From assembly GCA_951406725.2 (NCBI GenBank), contig OX597829.1, forward strand, positions 14,942,001 to 15,006,000: a stretch of 64,000 bases of DNA, written 5' to 3'. Position numbers and translations under genes: made by a program. The notes beneath the pieces are model-generated. The model saw only the letters and a program-made list of their open reading frames with translations, was not told the DNA's origin and did not search any database. Positions 46,381 to 59,699 of the stretch are shown in pieces (within the stretch, counting starts at the first letter, position 1; each line of letters starts with the position of its first letter). This DNA comes from Octopus vulgaris. Taxonomy: Eukaryota.

Positions 46381-46929
46381 TATGTGTGTGTGTGTGTGTG
46401 TTTGTGTGTATGCGTGTGTGTGCGGGCGATTGCGTGTATGTATAAAATTGAACATGCGTTTTGATACACCGAACGGTTACTATAGCCTCGTAGACCACGA
46501 CAAGCAGAAAGGATGCGCTTGAAGCCGAGAATTTGTGTTTACAATGTTGAGTTGGAGTGAGTTTACAATAATTATATATCACCTGAGGAAACACAACTAG
46601 ATCTCATAATGCAAAAAGTTGTTACATAACCGAATGCCAGTGAACCTTGAAAACGACGTTGCGTGGAAACAATTTTAATGATTACAAATAAATGTTCTTC
46701 TGCCCTCCTTCTTGTTGACTCCAACTTATTCAATTATCCATTCACACACTGCAGAAAACCCAACGAGAATCTGAGAATACCTAGAAATTTACTGCCGATA
46801 CCGGGTGAAATCTGAAGGTCATCGAGCTTTATACATTCCTCTACTACATTCTTAACAGAATATAATTCAACTATATATACATAATCACACACATGCCACC
46901 AGAATTTATGTTGTATAGTATTTAATATA

Positions 46930-47405
46930 AAGGCGGCGAGCTGGCAGAAACGTTAGCATGCCGGGCGAAATGCTTAGTAGTATTTCGTCTGCCGTTACGT
47001 TCTGAGTTCAAATTCCGCCGAGGTCGACTTTGCCTTTCATCATTTCGGGGTCGATAAATTAAATACCAGTTCCGCACTGGGTCAATGTAATCGACTTAAT
47101 CCGTGTGTCAGTCCTTGTTTGTCCCCTCTGTGTTTAGCCCCTTGTGGGTAGTAAAGAAATAGCTATTTTGTAAGGCGGTGAGCTGGCAGAAACGTTAGCA
47201 CGCCGGGCGAAATGCTTAGCGGTATTTCGTCTGCCGTTACCTTCTGAGTTCAAATTCCGCCGAGGTCGACTTTGCCTTTCATCCTTTCGGGGTCGATAAA
47301 TTAAGTACCAGTTACGCACTTGGGTCGATGTAATCGACTTAATCCGTGTGTCTGTCCTTGTTTGTCCCTTCTCTGTTTAGCCCTTTGTGGGTAGTAAAGA
47401 AATAG
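46930..47405 (+). mobile_element. Head-to-tail dimer of SINE family B (tRNA head plus Meta/Nin-like central domain) with 12-bp TSD
   Basis: Two about 233-bp units AAGGCGG(C/T)GAGCTGGCAGAA...GCCTTTCATCCTTTCGGGGTCGATAAA...AAAGAAATAG; TSD GTATTTAATATA at 46918-29 and 47406-17. Confidence 0.9.
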
Positions 47406-48864
47406 GTATTTAATATACGAGTATTTACCTATGTTGTTTCTTTATATGCCATTGCCCTTTCTCAGTTATTTGTAGTTCATTTTTGTTTAATGTAAACTTA
47501 CGCACATATTTAGGGGCACTCATGAACATTATATTCCTTAGATATTGCATTGCACGATTTGAGCTTACCGAGAGGTTATCTGTATGTATGTGAGTTGTGT
47601 ATGCATGCTTATGTTTGTCAGATTCAAAGAGAGGAAGGAAGAGAGAAGGAAGCAGATATAGTGAGGTTTAGTGATGGGGAGATGAAGTTTCGTGGATGTG
47701 TGTGTGTGTGTGTGTGTACGCGTGTGTGTCATGGAAAGAAGAACGCATCTATCTGCGTAAAAATCTGTGGTAGTGTTACCAAACATGAACCACTTGACTT
47801 AGTTACAGCCACTTCACACTACTTCCTCTTATTCTTCAAACATAGCCTACAAGACCATTACCATTTTATGTTATAGGACATGCGTGTGTATGTGTATGTG
47901 TGTGTTTATGCATACTATGTATTTATATATATATAAAGAGTCGTGGGGAAATAGAGAGAAGCAGAGAAATGGGCGCGATGTTTGTGTTTTAGTATTATTG
48001 AGATGAATATAATTTTAACTGAACTCAGTGCGAAATCTTAATGTCCTTTTCAGGAGATACGTATCGCATCGCACAGAAAAATATTCCGTTTTTATCTCAT
48101 CTCACCATCTCACACTTTCTCACAAATCTCTCTCTCCCCATCTCTCTCTCTCTTGTCCCCTTTCTCTTTCTCTCGTCTTACTTCCTTTCCCTGCATCTTC
48201 TTTTCATAAATAACTTATATCTTTTTTCCGTTTCCTATTTCACTTTTCTTTATATTGTTTCAATTTCCTGTATTTTATCTTATTTTATTTTATTTTATTC
48301 CCTGTAATTATTTGAGAATTCTTTCAGGTACCTGTCTGTTCTATCAAATTTGATTTCCTCCGTGTATGCAAATGAGGTTGTATGAAATCAAATGGAGATT
48401 GACAAGCAATATACAATGAAAAAAACTCTCTTGAAATTCAACCATTTAATTTTTTTACATGAACAGCTCCAAACGTAAGAATTATATCCACGTCACATAC
48501 GTTGGAAAAATAACCATTTCCATACATTTTACCTGGAACCATGAAGTGATTAACACGAACATTTTCGAGTGACATGTAAGAATTGATGTTTCATGTCTGA
48601 GATAAAATTCACAGTTGTAGAATTCGAAGTTGGTGATTCTACCTAAAGAGCTATGAAAGGGTACAGATAACCAACAAACCCTTTCAAGAAACATTATTCA
48701 CAAAATGCTGAAAAATGCAATCTCATAACTGGCCGCAGCTTCTCACTAATTTCGCACACACGCGTGCACACATAAAGAAATACACATACACTCTCTCTCT
48801 TTCTTTCTTTCGTTCTTTTTTCTTTCTTTCTTTCTTCCTTTCTTTCTTTCTCTCTATCTCTCCC

Positions 48865-48921
<57 letters not shown>

Positions 48922-49222
48922 TCAAAACTGACTGTGTGCATTATAGTTCGTGCATATAATGATTTATTATTAGCGATCCCGCAGTCACTGAACAAGTTTA
49001 ATGCGTCGAAACACGTTATGAGTTGTCGCTCTTGTATGTCATTAAACATTGATGTAATGTTTATCTGTTTTCAATATTGCCTCACTCTTGCTCGCTATGC
49101 TAAGTATGTTAGCACTAGCATTTATAATTTATTTTATGTGCAGATGGGCTATCCGTGTAGTTGAAGAGACTTGTCACTAACCCTCAGGAATAAATCCTTG
49201 CTAATTAAATCAATAGTACAAA

Positions 49223-49569
<347 letters not shown>

Positions 49570-49570
<1 letters not shown>

Positions 49571-52379
49571 TGAGAAAACTATATCAGAGAAGATCAATGG
49601 CGTGCTGATAGAGCCAGAGACAACACCTGAATGGCTCCTAGAAGGGAAAAAATCTAATTCCCAAATCGTCTAAACTAAAAATCCACGATTCTGTAGACCT
49701 GCAACATGTCCTCCTAGAACCTACAGAGACTTAACTGCAATAATATTCATAGAATAGGCATACTATTCATAGATTCTAGAAGAAAACAACTTGTTTCCAG
49801 AAGAGCAGAAGGGATTTTGTAACGCATATGGCAGTAAAAAATGAATTATTGATTAATAAGTCCATAAATGAAGACTGTCGAAAGTAAAAGAAGGGTCTAA
49901 GCATGGCTTGGATCGGTTACCTGTAGCTTGTGGAATCACTACTCATGTGCAAGGTAATGTCAGCAGAGAGAACGTTTAAAAAACATGCCATGAACAAATG
50001 ACAAAAAGTTCTTTAGCTATAGACTAAAGAGGCAATTATAAAAACTGAAGTCAACCCCATTAGAAGAAGAATATTCGAAGGAGACTTGCTCTCTCCATTC
50101 CTATTTTCTCTGGCACTTTGAACCGTCATGCTATGGTAAAGTCGCCAACCGTCTCTTGCATATCTTTGATCTCAAGCTGTATGCTGTGGATGCCAAACAA
50201 CTGGAAACATTGCTACATACACAGCATGTATTTACATAAGAAATAAATGCGAATTTTGGTTTAGAAAAATATGATAAAACGACCTTGCAAAGTGGAAAAC
50301 TAATTAAGAATAACAATATCACACAAGATAAATAAAATAAAATAAGAGAACTAGACCAAATCAATGAACTAGATACGGTACAGCACAAGCGAATAAAAGA
50401 AAAGATAAGGAAGGAATATTATAAATAAATTAGATTAAATACATAAAACAGAGCTCAATGCGAAGAATAAGATAATAGGGATCAATACTCTCATTGTTCT
50501 AATTATAAGTTACAGTTACAATATTCTTAATTGGATATTAAATGAACAAGTCAAACTAGACAGGAAAACAGGAAACATATTGACCACCTAAATTCGGACA
50601 TAGAAGCATTAATATATACATTCATATATGTGTATATGTTTGTGTGTATGTGTGTATGTATGTATGTGTGTATGTACATAATACATTTAAGGTAGTAGAA
50701 AATTACCATAAAATATCAACCATAGAATTATAGAAACACCTAACCTAGGAGAATTGGTACAAGTAGACACAAAGCATGAGCAAAACAAAAAATTATTTTC
50801 CGTCTTCATGGAAGCCGAAAAATACAAAGAAGAATTCATAATACCTGACGACTATGAAGAAAAACAAAAACATGAAAGCTACAAAGCAACTAGAATCTAA
50901 CCTAAATTGGAACTGCAAAATACATTGGTAAAATGATGGCAAAAAAACATTGCTTAATAGAAAAAAATAAACAAAATAAAATACTAACACTGACTGAGAA
51001 TTTCGGGTCTCAAAACAGTGCGAATGATTTTTAAACTGCGGCGCAAAATCAAAGCCTTCCCATCAGAAGCCCGGGAAAAAATTTTTTAAGAAAGCTACCA
51101 TAAATAACTGCAGAATATGTGGTGATGGGAAGAACCAATACATCATATAGTGTCTCTGGCTGCCCTGTCTCAGCCAAAAAATTATAAACCCACAAAAATT
51201 ACAGAGTTGGGACTTATATACACTGGTAGTTGTGTCAACACTATAGAATGACAAGAGAAAGATGGTATAGGCATAGGCCAGAAAAGGTCTTAAAACTTAC
51301 GAAACAACTATACTCTGGGATATGCCAATAGATACAGATAGAGAGCTCAGCCCTAATAAACCGGATAGATTTATCAGAGATAATCAAGAAAGAAATCTGT
51401 CTAATCAACATATCAGTCCCAAAAGAATGCAACATATCACTAAAATAAACCGAGAAACTCTCGAAAGACAAAACCCGGACATATAGAGGACACGACTGTT
51501 TGGTATGAAAACAAAACCAAACCTCATAATAATAAATGCATTAGACATGAGTTAAAATAAAACACATACAGAGAACATAACCAAAATACCAAGACTTATG
51601 GTTGTGTATAACATACAGAAAATGACATTGCTAGACACGTACATAGCCTACGTGGAGCACATTCCATACAATAAAATAACATCACTAAAACAAAACACAT
51701 CTCATATCCAACGCAAACAGGACTGCACTCGGTAGTGCAATGACGACAAGTAATAAAAATAAAACTACCGAGTAATAATTGGCGCAGGAAGCGTATAAGA
51801 ACTGGAGGCACGTCCAGATTGTAATAGTTTTATACTAGAAACTGCGCCAGGAATGGGGATTTGAAGATGAAAACAAATGGTACAATCATCAAATCGAAAA
51901 AGTACTAGAGTCCGAGCAATGTAAAATTCTGTGGGACTTTCCAGTTCGAAGGGACAAGAAGTTATAAAATGATAGAACAGTTATTACAATCATAGAAAAT
52001 GAAAAGCGAAGTTATCGACACATCATGCCCGTTCGATTCCAGGATCGTAAAAAAAATGAGGAATAAAGAAAGAAAATACAATCACCTAAAATTTAAAATA
52101 GGAAGAATTTGGAGCATGCGAACAATAAAGGTCATGCCTGTAATAGTTCGTGCGTTGGGAATAGTAAGCAATGATGCAGACTAATGGTTGAAGGAGATTG
52201 AAATATAATGCCCGGTAGAGCTCCTACAAAATGCTTGTCTCTTAAGAACAGCAAGGATTATCAAGACGGCTTTAAGCACTGGCAAGACTACTGAAAACTT
52301 GTGGATAGCTAAGGTAACAAGTAGTTACATGCTCCCCACATTAATCCTAACAGTAATGAGACAAAGCCAGAGACAAACC

Positions 52380-52380
<1 letters not shown>
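49570..52380 (+). mobile_element. Decayed R4/Dong-like non-LTR retrotransposon fragments (RT plus restriction-like endonuclease), flanked by (TAA)n
   Basis: PEWLLEG, LEENNLFPEEQKG, LSMAWI, RRIFEGDLLSPFLF, DLKLYA, FGLEK, CRIC zinc knuckle, ILWDF..VIDTSCPFD..KY..L..IW...PVIVRALG; probably two fused copies. Confidence 0.8.
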
Positions 52381-52466
<86 letters not shown>

Positions 52467-52493
52467 AAGAACAACAACAACAACAACAACAAC

Positions 52494-52876
52494 GTTTACA
52501 TGTTTCAGTCTTTAGACTGGGGCTATGCTAGGGCACCGCCTTGAATTTTTTGTGGAATGAATCGACCCCAGTAATTCTATTTTTTTAAAGACGCGGTACT
52601 TATTCTATCGGTTTCTATTGCCGAACCGCTACATTACGGGGACGCAAACACACCAGCACCAGTTGTCAAGCAGTTATAAGGGGAAACACACAGATACAAA
52701 AGACACACACACACACATATATATACGACGGGCTTCTTTCAGTTTCCGTCTACCAAATCTACCCACAAGATTTGGTCGGCCCGAGGCTATAGTAGAAGAC
52801 ACTTGCCCAACGTGCCACGGGGTGGGACTGAACACAGAAACATGTGATCGGGAAGTAAGCTTCTTACCACACACCC
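52494..52876 (-). mobile_element. SINE family A
   Basis: Matches the family A consensus. Confidence 0.85.
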
Positions 52877-52947
52877 ACCAATAATAATGGGCTGAGTATA
52901 TTTGTGCCCCAGTGTCACTTTGGTGACATACGTTGCTCTCTCACTCA

Positions 52948-52948
<1 letters not shown>

Positions 52949-53020
<72 letters not shown>

Positions 53021-53243
53021 TACTATTAATAATAATAATGCGAAGAAGAAGAAAAAGAAGAAGAAGAAGAAGAAGAAGAAGGAGGAGGAGGAGGAGGAGG
53101 AGGAGGAGGAGAAGAAGAAGAAGTAGAAAAAGAAGAAGAGGAAGAAGAAGGAGGAGGAGGAGGAGGAGGAGAAGAAGAAGAAAAAGAAGAAGAAGAAGAA
53201 GAAGAAGAAGGGAGGAGAAGAAGAAGAAGAAGAAGGAGAAGAA

Positions 53244-53290
<47 letters not shown>

Positions 53291-53360
53291 AGAAGAAGAA
53301 GAAGAAGAAGAAGAAGAAGAAGAAGAAGAAGAAGAAGAAGAAGAAGAAGAAGAAGAAGAA
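52949..53360. repeat. Compound (TAA)n/(GAA)n/(GGA)n microsatellite
   Basis: Direct reading. Confidence 0.95.
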
Positions 53361-54010
53361 TGAGCGCTAATTTGAAAACTTGCAAAAGTATGGTGCAGAT
53401 ACAAAAGGCCTGAATGTTGTAATTGAAAAACTGAAGCAGCGCATACTTGCCAAGAAAGCAAAGCTCACTAGGTTTGAACAACGGATTAAAAGATAGCGGG
53501 AAAAGCAATTGCTTAAAATCAGACAAAAAGTATTTTATCAAGAAATTAATGATGACTTAGAACGTGAAAGATTAGTTCCTGGTGTTGACGGTTCTGGCGT
53601 AAGTTATAGAGTAAACAAAAACAACATAATACTACGGCTGAATGGCTCTGCGGTCTGAAGTAAACAGCTTTTTTTATCCCCAGCGAAAGGCTATCCACTT
53701 CACAGAAGGCAATATTAGAAATATAAGTAAAGAGATAAGCAATTGCTTATCCGATGGTGCACAGGGATTTTTAATAATAAGTTCAGTAGGTGCCATGAAT
53801 TTATCGCAGAGCAATTTTATATATTGATCGATGGAGCAAAAAAAATTCTCGGGTTGATTAGCAAAAAGACGAATAGTGTGAAGGATACATCAAAAGGAAA
53901 TGCTGCCGACAATTACAGGCCAATTTTTTGGCCTCCTATTAATGTGGAAGTTACTGTCTGAAGGAATTCCAGAACTGCAAATTTCTTGATGAGAACGATA
54001 TGTTACCGAC
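53360..54010 (+). mobile_element. R4/Dong-like ORF N-terminal relic
   Basis: LKQRILAKKAKLTRFEQR, KGNAADNYRPI, LDENDMLP; follows a (GAA)n/(TAA)n tract. Confidence 0.7.
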
Positions 54011-54470
54011 AGCACCATGACACAATTCAGTCTGCCAGGAATTTGGAACGACATGCTGTACTGCTTGGAATTCACGCCGGAAGCTCCAATACGAACATTT
54101 CATTTATACCATCATTTAGGTATCTTTAAATCTCTTTGCATTCTTTGCAATTTTTTGTAATATGCCACATTTTGGTAAATGTCAATTCTAGCGATTCATT
54201 CTACCTTTTGATAGATTTTGCTTCCTGCTAGATGTCACTTTTTGATACACTCTACTTTTTAATATATGCTAATTTTTGGTACATTCCGTCTTATCCACAA
54301 GTAATATTAATATGGAAGTTACTGTCATAAGGAATTCCAGAACTGCAAATTTCTTGATGAGAACGATATGTTACCGACAGCACTATGACACATTTCACTT
54401 TGCCAGAAATTTGGAACGACATGCTGTACTGCTTGGAATTCACGCCGGAAGCTCCAATACGAACATTTCA
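53937..54470. repeat. 165-bp tandem duplication separated by a 205-bp inverted copy of 59900-60104
   Basis: 53937-54102 matches 54305-54470; 54103-54307 is the reverse complement of 59900-60104. Confidence 0.9.
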
Positions 54471-55115
54471 GAGTGTTTGGCTGTCACTCTGAAGACAGTG
54501 CATGTATCAAGAGTGATAATAATGAAATATCCAATGAGCACTACTGATGTAGACATTATGCCTCTATTCATCATCCCACATGGCCTCACAATCAACACGG
54601 CCTGTGTGACGCCTACATAAAGTGCCTGCAGTATGTAGTACTGTCCTGGCTAAAAAGGGTGTCTGCTTGATGATCCTATGTTTGGCAACAGGGCTCTGCA
54701 CTATGTTGCACAAGCAGGAGAACCCAGTCATTGCTGTCAGACAATTTCTGCGACCACATCAAACTTAGCATCTGACCACCTTACTCCCCAGACTTCCACC
54801 CCTTTGATTATTATGTGTGGGGCACAATTGAGCGAGAGACCAATAAAACTCGTTGTAACACCAAGGATGAACTCAAGGCGAGGATTGTGGCAGAATTCAC
54901 GAACTGAATTTAAACAAGGAGACAGTCCAGAAGAGATTTTGAGGTCGTCTGGAGGCCGTGGTTGAAGAGAAGGGCGATTTTATTGAATAAATTTACGCTT
55001 TAGTATTTCAAGATAGTTTTATGAAATTTTGGTAAATATATCATTGTTAAAATGATATATCAGTGTTATTTTCATTTTTGCGTAATTTACACGACAATAT
55101 ATTCACCGCACCCTG
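54011..55115 (+). mobile_element. Second decayed copy of the same DD37D-like element
   Basis: Similar to 32645-33358; ends in GACAATATATTCACCGCACCCTG|TA, the reverse complement of the TIR seen at 32527. Confidence 0.8.
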
Positions 55116-55125
55116 TAAATATATA

Positions 55126-55482
55126 CAAAATAAGCAACAAGAATGACTCAGGTAATTTGGTACGATCGTTTCGTACTACATCATTTTATTAAATGTTGTA
55201 AGTATTACAACAGTGATAAAATTCTGAGCCAATTATAAGTGATACAATTCTCAGCCAATTATAAAGTTTTTCCATTAATACAAAAATTTTCTATCAAGTG
55301 GCAACATTATAGAGAATGTTGCCACTTGATAGAAAAATGTTTGTATTAATGGAAAACCTCTATAATTGGCTGATGAGTACTCAGCATTTTATAACTGTTG
55401 TAATACTTACAACATTTAATAAAATGATGTAGTACGAAACGATCGTACCAAATTACCAGAGTCATTCTTGTTGCTTGTTTTG
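55126..55482. repeat. About 360-bp near-perfect fold-back element containing the hammerhead
   Basis: CAAAATAAGCAACAAGAATGACTC... is the reverse complement of ...GAGTCATTCTTGTTGCTTGTTTTG; centre about 55311; begins after a short TA run. Confidence 0.9.
55364..55454 (+). ncRNA. Type I hammerhead ribozyme with intact core and extended stem II
   Basis: Stem I TTGG/CCAA; CTGATGA 55370-55376; stem II GTACT(55377-81)/AGTAC(55431-35) enclosing a further hairpin; GAAA 55436-39; palindromic ACGATCGT stem III; GUA cleavage triplet ending at 55447. Confidence 0.8.
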
Positions 55483-55600
55483 ATTATAATCAACCCAAGG
55501 ATTTTTATGGATAACACCATACAGAATTCTGGTGCATCTAAATTAAGTATCATATTCATTTGAATCTAAATTTTTGCTGAACTTATATATATATATATAT

Positions 55601-55787
55601 AGTTAATCCAAACATGAAAACACAAAGTAAAACGTGGAACAAGTATAGTGTTATTGGACGCTCAGGAAAGGAAAGAAAGAAGGAGGATTTAAGGTTTCGA
55701 GCGGAGCTCTTCGTCAGAAACATCGGTAAAGGAAAGATGCAAGGAAGGGAAGACGGAGGAAAAAATCGCCAACGGTACACACGCGGG
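55601..55787 (-). mobile_element. Short (TA)n-associated repeat with minimal hammerhead motif (copy 2)
   Basis: Minus strand 55686-55722: GTTT CTGACGA A GAGC TCC GCTC GAAA CCTT AAAT; the two copies together give the consensus CUGACGA-stem II-GAAACGUU. Confidence 0.7.
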
Positions 55788-55952
55788 CGCGTGTGTGTGT
55801 GGGCGTCCGGATGTTTTATTGTCATCTATTGCGTTTTTGTTACATTTTTTATGTTTATATATACATACATGATTTACTACCCAGCGTCGTCCGGTAAGGT
55901 ATTCACGGAATCGTTTGCCAGTTTGTAGAATGAGAATTCATGGTACTTGCGC

Positions 55953-56045
<93 letters not shown>

Positions 56046-58077
56046 ACGTAACATCTAATCTCATTTAATTGGAACTATGTAAACAATAGTAATCAATTTA
56101 ATGTCCGAAGAAAATTGTGAGTACAATCACTACTACCACCATCTCTTCCACCATCATCACCACGACTCCCACTACCATCACCTGCACCATCAACGTTCCC
56201 TCCCCATTTTTCTAGCTCACGTGCGATCGTCTGTCTCAATAAATACAAACATGATTTAAATGTTTCAAAAAGCTATACTTAACAATCGCCTCCTCTCCCT
56301 CTCCTCTTCTTTATCGTCTCTCGTCACATCCTCCTCCTCCCCTCCAATTTGCATTTATTACTGCACCTCTTACTATTGTTCGTCTTTCATATAGTGTTTC
56401 CCACTCATCCTTTCCCTTTAATCTATCTCTTCCTCTTACACAACTACCACTGAACTCGATCCCCTCTCGCACAATTTTTCTCTTTTGACCTCTCCCTTTC
56501 TCTCTCTCTATCGCTGTTGCTTTTTCCTTAAAGTGATAGAGAGAGGGAGAGAGAGCGCGAAGATTTTGTGTGTGTGTGTGTTTATGTGACAGATAGCATA
56601 CGTGTATTTGTGTTGATTCACACGCCATGACATTCATTATATCTGTGTGTATTCTGTATGTGTGTATGTGTGTTGACATCACAGAATCCATGTTTTTTTT
56701 GTCAAGAAATAACAAGTAAAAATTGTGTTTAATCGTTTTCATCAATAAATGGAGGTCCAAATATCACAAATATTCATACTGCACTGCCTTAAGTAAATAT
56801 CAAATTATATATGTAAACAAAAAAAGGATAAAATATACTATTTCTGAGATATTTCGGGTACAAACAAACATCAAGTGTTTTGGTATTATTAAAATAGCGG
56901 CGTACGTACACTTTTGCGTACGTACACTTTTGCGTACGTACACCTTGTATGTAAGTATGTATCTAAATTTGTAACATTCTTTTATTCTGTCTTTTAGCTC
57001 ACCTCATCCTTTCTTCTTCCTTCTGTCTTCTTTTCTTTTTCTCGCTCCCCCTCTCTCACATTCGTGGTCATTTCTTTAATTCCTACATTTCCCCGTTTAT
57101 CTCCCTTATACCTTTCTCTTCGTCCCGTTGATTTTCTCTCTTACTCGTTCTTTCTCTAATCCTTCAATCCCTCTACCCCCAATCTCTTTCTTCTCCTTCC
57201 ATGTGTCAAGTGTTCGACAAGGCATGATCTTTCTTTCTTGGCTGCAAAACATCTCTTATGTCCATCTGATATGTTCCTGCCTCAAGTCTTACACTCTATA
57301 CTCGTCAGTTCAATTTGATTTGTCTTTATTATTCGAAAGACACCTGTTGTTATTTTCTTGTTGCTTATATTTGTAATTGTGAAACATGTTCTCCTCTTTT
57401 AGTCTTTGTTGTACACATTCCCTTCCTTTCTCACAAATATGATGTTCTTAGCTTAGACTTTTTTGTGACAACCAGATTTGAACAGGCTTAAGTGTAACTG
57501 CCCGAAACTGCAAGGACAATCTGGATACTTGACTGAGGGGAGTAGGCCAGGAACGACTCGACCTTATTCCTTTCAAGTGTTTAAAATGTCATTCCAGTCT
57601 CTCACAAGGGCTAGAAAATAATTCCTGAAACGCCTTCAGTCGTCTGAAGACAATCTAAGCTGAAAATATTACATTGTCTTAACTTTGGCTGAAGTTACGG
57701 CTCTTACTGTTGCTCATTTTCAACTCGACAATCTTACCATTCAAGTCCGAAATAATCGTCTGTAACTCGAGATCAAAGCCTTTGTAAAACAAACGCTACC
57801 ACTCTGTTACCAGATCTTGAACATCAACATGCATACACCTTCATTGAAAAAGAGCATGAATGGGTACACCACAAAGTAATATCGACAATTTTTCTAATTT
57901 TTGTACAAAGTCAAGAATTTTGTAGGGTGGGGCAAATCGATTACGTCGATCCCGATGCTTGGCTGCTACTTATGTTATAAACACCGAAAGGGGGAAAGGC
58001 AAGCTTTGAACTAAGCATGATACTAAGCAATTTCTCCGATGTGCAAACTATTCTGCCAGTATATAAATTAATTATTT

Positions 58078-58573
58078 GGATCTTTTCGGTTTGACCGGCA
58101 GTTTTTTTAAATAATTTCGACGTAGCTAAACACTTTTAAACTTCGTATACTGGTTCTAAAATGAGGTTCTAAAACATCTTTTTCTCCTGGCTTTATTGAG
58201 AAAATTCTATAGTCTGTAAGATATTTGTTGTTTTTTCTTCAATTTCTGCAATTTCAGCCAATCAATGATGTCTATTGAGGTGAAAACATTCTGTGCCGTA
58301 TGAATATGTCCCACGTTTAAGAAACAGATTGGGTTTATTTACATTTCTGAAGGAAAAAATATACCATTCCCCCCACCCCTAACCCTAACCCTAACTAACC
58401 CTAAATCTAACCCTAACCCTAACTAACCCTAAATCTAACCCTAACCCTAACTCTAACCCTAACCCTAAAACAGATTGAAATGCAATAAGATCGATACTAG
58501 GGTCATAATTATGGGTGACAATTTCATATGACACAGCTAAAAAAAAAAACTGCCGTTCAAACCAAAAAGATCC
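58078..58573. mobile_element. Non-autonomous DNA transposon (MITE), Merlin-like, with internal (CCCTAA)n telomeric-type repeats
   Basis: About 31-bp TIRs GGATCTTTTCGGTTTGACCGGCAGTTTTTTT / AAAAAAACTGCCGTTCAAACCAAAAAGATCC; 8-bp TSD AATTATTT (58070-77 and 58574-81); CCCTAA array at about 58377-58468. Confidence 0.85.
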
Positions 58574-59473
58574 AATTATTTTGTTCTTCATGACACGCGT
58601 TTGATCGTTGTGCTTACAAAACATCCGTTTACAAAAATCAAAATATTTTACAGAATAAAACAATGTTAAACATAGACATCACAATACAAACAAACACATT
58701 TATAATATTGTCTTGCAAATGTAATTATTCTTAATTCTATTCTATTACTTACTTTCACTGCACTATTGCAAGCAGCTCTATGTCTGGCGGACGTGCAGTA
58801 TTTTTGTAATTTAGTTTCCTGTATCGAATGCGTTCAGATACACGTGCGATGCCTGCAGGTGCTGTTTACAGTGTGTTACATTTGTAAGTCCTGGTGTTAG
58901 AGTTCTGTATTTGTTTGCATGACCTTTCATCATTTCCAGTCCCTATAATTATTATCAATTTTATTATCATCTTCTTTCAGTTATGTTTCCATTTCTTGCC
59001 AAGCATCTTCCTGACACCTTGGGCAGAGAAACGTACTGTATATACATTGGTAATCCAGAAAAATAAGCACCCTCAGATTGATCATTTACAGAGCCATGTG
59101 ATAGAGAAAATGGGAAGTAGACAGAGAGAACAAAATAAATATAAAAAATAAAAATTAAACAAAAAATATTGGGGGAAAAGGAAAAAAATTCAAAGTGACA
59201 AAGCCCTTGTCAGTACGTGTGACGCACCAGTTAATACAATCTTTATTATTATTATTATTATTGTTGTTGTTGTTGTTGCTGTTGTTGTTGTTGTTGTTGT
59301 TGTTGTTATTGACTGAGAGAGCAGAACACATCATCAAAATGACGCTGGAGTGCAAATGTACGAAGCCCAATATACACATCATTACTACCCTCTCCTAAGA
59401 GTAGTAGTAGTAGTAGTAGTAGTAGCAGCAGCACTAGTAGTAGTAGTAATAATATTAGTAGTATTAGTAGTAT

Positions 59474-59561
<88 letters not shown>

Positions 59562-59699
59562 CAGTAGTGGTAGTAGTAGTAGTAGTGTCATCATCACCAC
59601 AATCATAACTATTGTTGTTATCTTTATTATTGCTACTGCTACGACAACCATTAATGAAAACAGAAATGATAATAATAATGTTAACAACAACAACAATAA

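Noticed and set aside
48985-49022. HHR-like CTGAACA...GTCGAAACACGTT
   Set aside because: The core is mutated, stem II does not pair, and there is no second copy to rescue it.
57400-57860. Possible LTR-retrotransposon or exon remnant
   Set aside because: No recognisable motif by eye; would need blastx.
58377-58468. True telomere or chromosome fusion site
   Set aside because: Short, degenerate and enclosed by TIRs and a TSD.
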